From: Alphaproteobacteria bacterium
GTDB lineage: Bacteria > Pseudomonadota > Alphaproteobacteria > Bin95
Length of the DNA stretch: 64,000 nucleotides
NCBI GenBank assembly: GCA_965222315.1
Contig: OZ244951.1
Span: forward strand, 962,407-1,026,406
Direction of reading: 5' to 3'
The notes under the pieces are model-generated. The model saw only the letters and a list, made by a program, of their open reading frames with translations. It was not told the origin of the DNA and did not search any database. The translations under genes and the position numbers were made by a program. This document shows positions 58,467-64,000 of this stretch, in pieces (the first letter of the stretch is position 1; every line of letters begins with the position of its first letter).

Positions 58467-58841
58467 CTAATGAACTGCCAGACCCGTTCGGGTTGGCCTT
58501 GCTCTCCCGCGCGAACCAGGCTGCCGCCCCCGGATCAGGTCCGGGACATGCTTTGCCAAGATATCGCGCTCCTGCCACAGGCGGCGGTTTTCACTACGTA
58601 GTTTGGATAATTCCTCGCGCTCGGCACTGGTCGTGCCATCCACACGCTTGCCGGCGTCGCGGTCCGCTTGCCGAACCCACTTCGCGATTGACTGTGCGGT
58701 TGGCTCGAATTCTTCGGAGAGCTCTTCCGGCGTTCGGCCCGAGTGGACCAAATCCACCATTTGACGGCGAAATTCCGGCGGATAAGCCGGTCGGTACCTT
58801 TGCATAGCGTACACCTCCGCTGATAGCTTCAAGGTGTCCAC
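58467..58841 (-). CDS. IS3-family transposase OrfA (HTH/leucine-zipper).
   Basis: See the mobile_element call above. RBS GGAGGTGT. Confidence 0.8.
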   Translation of the reverse strand: MDTLKLSAEVYAMQRYRPAYPPEFRRQMVDLVHSGRTPEELSEEFEPTAQSIAKWVRQADRDAGKRVDGTTSAEREELSKLRSENRRLWQERDILAKHVPDLIRGRQPGSRGRARPTRTGLAVH

Positions 58842-58898
58842 TGAAACGGGTCAACTCCAGGCGTCACCATCTCCCTGGCTATCACCACATTCGTAAAC

Positions 58899-59312
58899 AT
58901 GCTGGGCTGCAAAAGTAACGGCGTGGTTAACGACCAAACGCATGAACTCTCCGTGCCGGCGCGTCTGCAGCGGGCGGGGATGGAGATGCGGCTCATTGAC
59001 GAGAGAGCGTCGGGAGCTGGACCCGATGCCGCATTGGTTCGCCTGCTGACAAAGGCTTGGCGCATCCGCACCGCCGCGCTCAGGGGCACCGGCCGGTCCC
59101 TGACCGAGATCGCCGCTGGCCACAGCATCGGTGACAGCTATTCCGGCTGTCTGCTGCGCATCGCATTCCTTGCACCGGAGATTGTCGAGGCCACCCTCGC
59201 CGGCAAGCAGCCGGTCGACCTGACCCCCAACCGACTGGCGGCTATTCCGGAAATCCCGGTCGACTGGGGCGAGCAGCACATGTTGATACTTGGTGCCGAA
59301 GCGCAGGCTTAA
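58899..59312 (+). CDS. Hypothetical protein / possible fragment of a recombinase-associated gene (137 aa) between the IS3 and the tRNA.
   Basis: Complete ORF without a convincing RBS. The motif ..LAPEIVEATLAGKQPVDLTPNRLAAIPEIPVDWGEQ.. resembles C-terminal segments seen in integrative-element recombinase partners. Weak. Confidence 0.25.
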   Translation: MLGCKSNGVVNDQTHELSVPARLQRAGMEMRLIDERASGAGPDAALVRLLTKAWRIRTAALRGTGRSLTEIAAGHSIGDSYSGCLLRIAFLAPEIVEATLAGKQPVDLTPNRLAAIPEIPVDWGEQHMLILGAEAQA

Positions 59313-59582
59313 GCGCTCAATGCCCGGTATTGCAGAGAGGCCATTTCTGCCGAATCGGCGGGAAGACAGTGCCGGTTCTCAAAATCCTGGCAAAGATGCA
59401 GCGCTAACCGTACCGCCGAATTCCCAACCTGAGATAGCATCGCTATCAGCATCGTCTGCCAATGAATTGCCGCGTCTCAGCCAGCCAAAGGTAGGGAGAT
59501 GTCCCGCTAAGCCTGGGGAAAACACAGTTGAATATTGCTCAACTAAAGGAATTTAACTATTTAATATCAAAATGTTAAGTCG

Positions 59583-59673
59583 TGGCGGAGAGAGAGGGAT
59601 TCGAACCCTCGATACGCTGTTAACGTATACACACTTTCCAGGCGTGCGCCTTCAACCACTCGGCCACCTCTCC
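59583..59673 (-). tRNA. tRNA-Ser (anticodon GGA), 91 nt, with a long variable arm and encoded CCA.
   Basis: Reverse complement GGAGAGGTGGCCGAGTGGTTGAAGGCGCACGCCTGGAAAGTGTGTATACGTTAACAGCGTATCGAGGGTTCGAATCCCTCTCTCTCCGCCA. 7-bp acceptor stem. GTGGTTGAA D-loop. Anticodon loop CTGGAAA. TTCGAATCC T-loop. Confidence 0.85.
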
Positions 59674-59704
59674 AGATTGGAACGGCGGAACTTAGTCAAA
59701 TCAG

Positions 59705-60088
59705 ATGCGTTGCGCAACGTCTCGCGCCATGGTTCGGTGCTCCGCAACGCCGCATGGCATGATAGGCCTGACCGGCATGGGTGAGACAGGGATGGGTATG
59801 ATGGTGGTTGGACGGATCTTCGGCGCGGTGCTGTTGCTCGCCGGTATTGCTAGCGGCGTTGGCGACCTGCTGAGCTGGCAGGAAACAGGCGCCTTCCGCT
59901 TGTCGGCAGCCGGCGAGCGCTGGTTCCAGTTCTCGCCGGACACGCTGAACCTTGCCCAGGCATTGACCCAACGTTACTTGGCCCCGGAGGTTTGGGACCC
60001 TTACATGCAAACCGTTTTGCTGTGGCCGGCGGTTTTGGTGCTGGGCGTTCCCGGTCTGGTTCTGTTGTGGCTGTTCCGGCGGCGCTGA
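59705..60088 (+). CDS. Small integral membrane hypothetical protein (127 aa).
   Basis: Two to three hydrophobic helices. Complete ORF. No motif. Confidence 0.3.
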   Translation: MRCATSRAMVRCSATPHGMIGLTGMGETGMGMMVVGRIFGAVLLLAGIASGVGDLLSWQETGAFRLSAAGERWFQFSPDTLNLAQALTQRYLAPEVWDPYMQTVLLWPAVLVLGVPGLVLLWLFRRR

Positions 60089-60119
60089 TCGTCAGCACCG
60101 CCGGACAACGGGCGGAAAA

Positions 60120-60908
60120 TCAGGCGCCCTTCCAGACGGGCGGGCGTTTTTCCATGAAGGCGGTGCGGCCTTCCTTGTAGTCGGCGCTGTCGAAGCACAT
60201 CTTGGCGACTTCGTCGATTTTGCTCATGTCCGGTTGCTTCTTGGAGAGTTCGCCCAGAATTACCTTGTGCGCCTTGATCGAGAGCGGCGCGTTGTTCGCC
60301 AGCGTCTCGCAATAGGCGCGGGTCTCGTCCTCCAGGGCTTCCGGTGAGAAGACCCGGTTGATCAGGCCGATGGAGAGCGCTTCCTGCTCGTCCAGGCGGC
60401 GCGCGCTGTAGAGGATATCCTTGGCGCGGGACGGACCGACCAGATTGTAGAGGTTGACGATGTTCTCGCCCGTATAGGCGATGGACAGGCGCGCTGCCGG
60501 GATACCGAAGGTGGAGCCTTCCGCGGCGAAGCGCATGTCCGCGGACATGGCGATGCCGAGCCCACCGCCCATGCAGAAGCCGCGGATCATGGCGATGATG
60601 GGGCGGTCGAAATCGCGGATGGCGGAGCGGCCGGCGTCGGCGCGCTGGTTGTAAAGCTCTGTCATGGCGGCGTCGGCGCGCATTTTTTCGAACTGGCTGA
60701 TGTCAGCGCCGGAGACGAAGGCCTTGTCGCCTGCGCCATGCATGACGACGACGCGGATGTCCGGGTCGGCCTTGAAATTGGCCATGATCTCGCCAGCAGC
60801 TTCCCACATCTCCAGCGACATGGCGTTGCGGCGTTCGGGGTTGTTGAAGGTCATCCAGCCAATGTGGCCGTCCTTCTTGCCAATCATTTTGTCGGTGGAA
60901 AGTTGCAT
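60120..60908 (-). CDS. Enoyl-CoA hydratase/isomerase (crotonase-fold) protein.
   Basis: ..GHIGWMTFNNPERRNAMSLEMWEAAGEIMANF..VVVMHGAGDKAFVSGADISQF.. is the typical crotonase oxyanion-hole region. 262 aa. Confidence 0.85.
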   Translation of the reverse strand: MQLSTDKMIGKKDGHIGWMTFNNPERRNAMSLEMWEAAGEIMANFKADPDIRVVVMHGAGDKAFVSGADISQFEKMRADAAMTELYNQRADAGRSAIRDFDRPIIAMIRGFCMGGGLGIAMSADMRFAAEGSTFGIPAARLSIAYTGENIVNLYNLVGPSRAKDILYSARRLDEQEALSIGLINRVFSPEALEDETRAYCETLANNAPLSIKAHKVILGELSKKQPDMSKIDEVAKMCFDSADYKEGRTAFMEKRPPVWKGA

Positions 60909-60994
60909 TTGGGCAAGCCTCGTATCGGAGATTAGAGATGGTGTGTTTTACGGCCTAGCGCCGGCTTGCGCCAGAGAAAGCCGTAATGTCCGCT

Positions 60995-62026
60995 CTAATG
61001 CGGGCCAAAGGGGGCGAGGTGGCGGCGGAACAGGGCGGCGCAGGCGGTCCAGGAGAAACCTTCCGCATAGGCACGACAATTGCTGCGGGCGGCGGGCAAG
61101 GCGCGGTCGATGGCAGTGCCGAGATCATCGTTGAGGCAGCCGATGGAGGCCGGACCGCCGACTGCGGGGCCGATCACGTCCACCGGGCCCATGACGGGAT
61201 ATGCCGCGACGGGCACGCCGCTTGCGAGTGCCTCCAGCATGACCAGGCCGAACGTGTCGGTGCGGCTGGGGAAGACGAAAACGTCGGCGGCGCGATAGAC
61301 CTCCGCCAACTGTTCGCCGAATTTTGCGCCCATGAAATGAACTTCGGGGTGCGCACGCACCAAGTCGGCGCGGGCAGGACCGTCGCCGACTACCAGCTTC
61401 ATGCCAGGCCGGTCGAGGCTCAGGAAATCGGGCAGACCCTTTTCGACTGCCAGCCTACCGACATAGAGCATCACTGGCTCTGGCAATGCGGCGGCCCAGG
61501 TGGGTTTCGGGCCGGGCCGGAACAGGGCTGTGTCCACGCCGCGGGTCCATTGCGCCAGGTTGCGGAAGCCGCGGGCTTCCAAGTCGCGCAGCACGCTGGG
61601 CGTCGGTGGCATGACCCGGGCAGCCGGGCCGTGGAACCAGCGGATCATCGCGTAGGACCAGCGCACCGGCAGGCGGACGCGGGCATGGATATATTCGGGA
61701 AACCGGGTGTGGAAGGATGTTGTGAAGGGCAGATTGCGTTTGCGCATATAGCGCCGCGCCAGGAATCCGAGCGGCCCCTCCGTCGCGATGTGCACGGCGT
61801 CGGGCTGGAATGCCTCTATCCGCCGGGCGATGGCGCGCGGTCCTGCAATGGCGAGCCGGATTTCCGGGTAGGTGGGGCAGGGAATGTTGCGGAATTCGGC
61901 GGGGGTCACGAATTCCACCACGTCGCCGCCGCGGCGCAATTCCTCTCCGACCAAGGAAAGGGTCCGCACCACGCCGTTGACCTGCGGGTGCCAAGCGTCG
62001 GTAACGATCAGGATGCGCAGGCTCAA
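60995..62026 (-). CDS. GT4 (group 1) glycosyltransferase, 343 aa.
   Basis: N-terminal RILIVTDAWHPQVNGVVRT. C-terminal GT4 fold (..FVFPSRTDTFGLVMLEALASGVPV..). Confidence 0.8.
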   Translation of the reverse strand: MSLRILIVTDAWHPQVNGVVRTLSLVGEELRRGGDVVEFVTPAEFRNIPCPTYPEIRLAIAGPRAIARRIEAFQPDAVHIATEGPLGFLARRYMRKRNLPFTTSFHTRFPEYIHARVRLPVRWSYAMIRWFHGPAARVMPPTPSVLRDLEARGFRNLAQWTRGVDTALFRPGPKPTWAAALPEPVMLYVGRLAVEKGLPDFLSLDRPGMKLVVGDGPARADLVRAHPEVHFMGAKFGEQLAEVYRAADVFVFPSRTDTFGLVMLEALASGVPVAAYPVMGPVDVIGPAVGGPASIGCLNDDLGTAIDRALPAARSNCRAYAEGFSWTACAALFRRHLAPFGPH

Positions 62027-62029
62027 TTG

Positions 62030-62851
62030 CTAAGCCCGCGCGGTGACGCCAGTGGCAAACGGAATGCTTTCGATGCCTTGCCCGGCGGCCTGGCGGTCGG
62101 TCAGGGGCACGGTCCAGCGTAGCAGTTCGAGGCGGCCATCCTCGTGCTCCACCAGGGCGGTGCAGCTTTCCACCCAGTCGCCGTCATTGGCATAGAGGAT
62201 GCCGCCGATCTCCCGCACCTCCGGGTGGTGGATGTGACCGCAGACGACGCCGTCCGCACCGCGCTGTCTGGCCATGTCCGCCACGCTTTTCTCGAACTTG
62301 CCGATATGGGCGACAGCGTTTTTGACCCTGTATTTCAGGTAGGCCGAGAGCGACCAGTAGCGGTAGCCGAGCTTTTTCCGGGCAAGATTGAAGAACACAT
62401 TAATGACCATGGCTGCCCGGTAGGCCCAGTCGCCGATATGGGCGAGCCACTTGGCCGACTGCACCACCGCGTCCAACTCGTCGCCATGTATAATCAGCAG
62501 GCGGCGGCCATCGGCGGTCTCATGAATCAGGTCCCGGTGAACCTCAATCCCGCCGAATTGGTGATCGACGAAGGGACGGGCGAACTCGTCGTGATTGCCG
62601 GGCACGAAGAGAACGCGGGTGCCTTTCCGCGCCTTGCGCAGCAGCTTCTGCACCACGTCATTGTGCGCCTGCGGCCAGTACCATGCACTTTTCAGCCGCC
62701 AGCCATCGACAATGTCGCCGACGAGATACAGGGTATCGCTCTCGGTATGCTTCAGGAAATCGAGCAGCAGTTCGGCCTGGCAGCCTTTGGAGCCCAGATG
62801 CACGTCTGATATCCAGATGGTGCGGTAGCGGTAGGTCTGCGTCATCAGCAT
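62030..62851 (-). CDS. Calcineurin-like metallophosphoesterase (LpxH/UDP-2,3-diacylglucosamine hydrolase-like), 273 aa.
   Basis: IWISDVHLGSKGCQAELLLDFL..LYLVGDIVDGW..VPGNHDE metallophosphoesterase motifs (DxH..GD..GNHD/E). Confidence 0.7.
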   Translation of the reverse strand: MLMTQTYRYRTIWISDVHLGSKGCQAELLLDFLKHTESDTLYLVGDIVDGWRLKSAWYWPQAHNDVVQKLLRKARKGTRVLFVPGNHDEFARPFVDHQFGGIEVHRDLIHETADGRRLLIIHGDELDAVVQSAKWLAHIGDWAYRAAMVINVFFNLARKKLGYRYWSLSAYLKYRVKNAVAHIGKFEKSVADMARQRGADGVVCGHIHHPEVREIGGILYANDGDWVESCTALVEHEDGRLELLRWTVPLTDRQAAGQGIESIPFATGVTARA

Positions 62852-62967
62852 CGGCTAGCTCCGGGCCGCGTGGGGAGGCAGTCGGTCGCGGGGTAGTGAA
62901 AGGTCTAAAACGCCAACGCCTCGTAATCAACTAAGGTTACGATTCGACGACGATCCGGGAGTGATCG

Positions 62968-64000
62968 ATGCCTGCGCCAACCATTGTTCTTTTCCGCCGC
63001 GATTTGCGTGCCGCCGACAACCCGGCGTTGACCGCTGCCATGCAGGCCGGACCTGCCGTTGCGCTCTATGTTCTGGACGATGCGGCGGATGGCAGACCCT
63101 TGGGCGGTGCAGGGCGGTGGTGGCTGTACCATGCCCTGTCGCGTTTGCGCGAGCAATTGGCCGCGCTTGGCGTGCCACTGATTCTCCGCCGCGGTGGCCA
63201 GAAGGAACACGCGGTGGCGGTGGTGGAGACCATCGGGGCAGGGGGGGTGTATTGGAACCGCCGCTACACGCCCTGGGGTGTTGCGATCGATCGCCAGTTG
63301 AAGACGGAAGCCAGGGATAAAGGGCTTGCCGCCGAAAGCTTTGCGTCGAACTACCTGCGTGAGCCCTGGGAGGCGAAGACCAAGCAGGGCGGCTGGTTCA
63401 AGGTATTCACCCCATTCTATAAGGCCTGCATGGCTTTGGGGGAGCCGTCCGCGCCGCTGCCCGCGCCAGAAGCGCAGGCAAGCCCGCAGCTCGCCGTTCC
63501 GTCTGATGCGTTGGACGATTGGGGCCTTCTGCCAACGAAGCCGGACTGGGCAGGGGGGCTGCGGGAGACCTGGCCATCTGGATCTGGCGCAGGTGAGGCG
63601 CGGTTGGCACATTTTCTGGACGAGGCCGTGCAGGACTACGGAACGGCGCGTAACCGGCCTGACCTGGATGGCACGTCGGCCTTGTCGCCGTATCTGGCCT
63701 TTGGGGAACTGTCGCCCCGGCAGATTTGGCATGCGGCACGCTATGCCCAGGACGCCGAGCCGGCCAAGAGCGCGGGCGCAGAATCCTTCCTGCGGGAACT
63801 GGTCTGGCGGGATTTCTCCTCGAACTTGCTCTACCATTTCCCGGAACTGGGCGAGCGGCCTTTTCAGGCGAAATTCGAAGATTTTCCCTGGGCTAACGAT
63901 CCTGCTGCCTTGAAAGCCTGGCAGAAAGGTGAAACCGGCTATCCTTGGATTGATGCAGGAATGCGCCAGCTTTGGCACTCGGGCTGGGTGCATAACCGCG
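62968..64000 (+). CDS. phrB: Deoxyribodipyrimidine photolyase (class I CPD photolyase/cryptochrome family). It is 3'-truncated by the window end.
   Basis: Open frame from ATG 62968 to the window end. Motifs IVLFRRDLRAADNPAL, GWFKVFTPFYKA, LSPYLAFGELSPRQIW and LVWRDFSSNLLYHFPE. Confidence 0.85.
   Translation, partial: MPAPTIVLFRRDLRAADNPALTAAMQAGPAVALYVLDDAADGRPLGGAGRWWLYHALSRLREQLAALGVPLILRRGGQKEHAVAVVETIGAGGVYWNRRYTPWGVAIDRQLKTEARDKGLAAESFASNYLREPWEAKTKQGGWFKVFTPFYKACMALGEPSAPLPAPEAQASPQLAVPSDALDDWGLLPTKPDWAGGLRETWPSGSGAGEARLAHFLDEAVQDYGTARNRPDLDGTSALSPYLAFGELSPRQIWHAARYAQDAEPAKSAGAESFLRELVWRDFSSNLLYHFPELGERPFQAKFEDFPWANDPAALKAWQKGETGYPWIDAGMRQLWHSGWVHNR

Larger units (their letters stand above)
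57541..58868 (-). mobile_element. Complete IS3-family insertion sequence (~1.33 kb) with imperfect 22-bp terminal inverted repeats TGGAATTGCCCCACTTTCGTGG / TGGAGTTGACCCGTTTCAGTGG.
   Basis: orfA 58467-58841 (HTH, MQRYRPAYPPEFRRQMVDLVHSGRTPEELSEEF..LRSENRRLWQERDILAK). orfB 57575-58465 (rve DDE: ..VIHHSDNGSQYTS..DNAMCESFFATLECEL..). The IRs match 17/22. Confidence 0.85.

Overview
High-GC (~63-66%) alphaproteobacterial-type chromosomal window. Outside short AT-rich intergenic or promoter stretches, it carries (i) a conserved-looking block at 1-9.4 kb: an LssY-like lipoprotein, a MarR regulator, three DUF1254/DUF1214 paralogs, an outer-membrane channel and an MBL-fold alkylsulfatase-like hydrolase. 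(ii) A degenerate IS6-family transposase remnant at 9.9-10.5 kb. (iii) A ~26 kb, single-strand, translationally coupled extracellular contractile injection system (eCIS, phage-tail-like) operon at 10,978-36,972. It encodes sheath, tube, DUF4255 terminator-like, AAA+ ATPase, LysM, gpD/gpV spike, PAAR, gp25, baseplate J/I and a giant beta-helix fibre. Two candidate cargo/effector genes are embedded in it: a DUF4157 protein with Glu-rich repeats, and an HExxH + OmpA-like protein. (iv) A truncated IS3 copy at 37.4-37.7 kb and a full IS3 copy in inverted orientation at 57.5-58.9 kb. Together they bracket a Pel-like (pelDEFG-like) exopolysaccharide locus that also has a Wza-like exporter, TPR and GH114-like proteins, glmS and a 1343-aa RTX/tandem-repeat secreted protein. 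(v) A tRNA-Ser(GGA) at 59,583-59,673 (minus strand), followed by housekeeping-type genes (enoyl-CoA hydratase, GT4, metallophosphoesterase, photolyase). The most interesting element is the eCIS with its embedded putative effectors, sitting in an IS- and tRNA-bounded accessory region.
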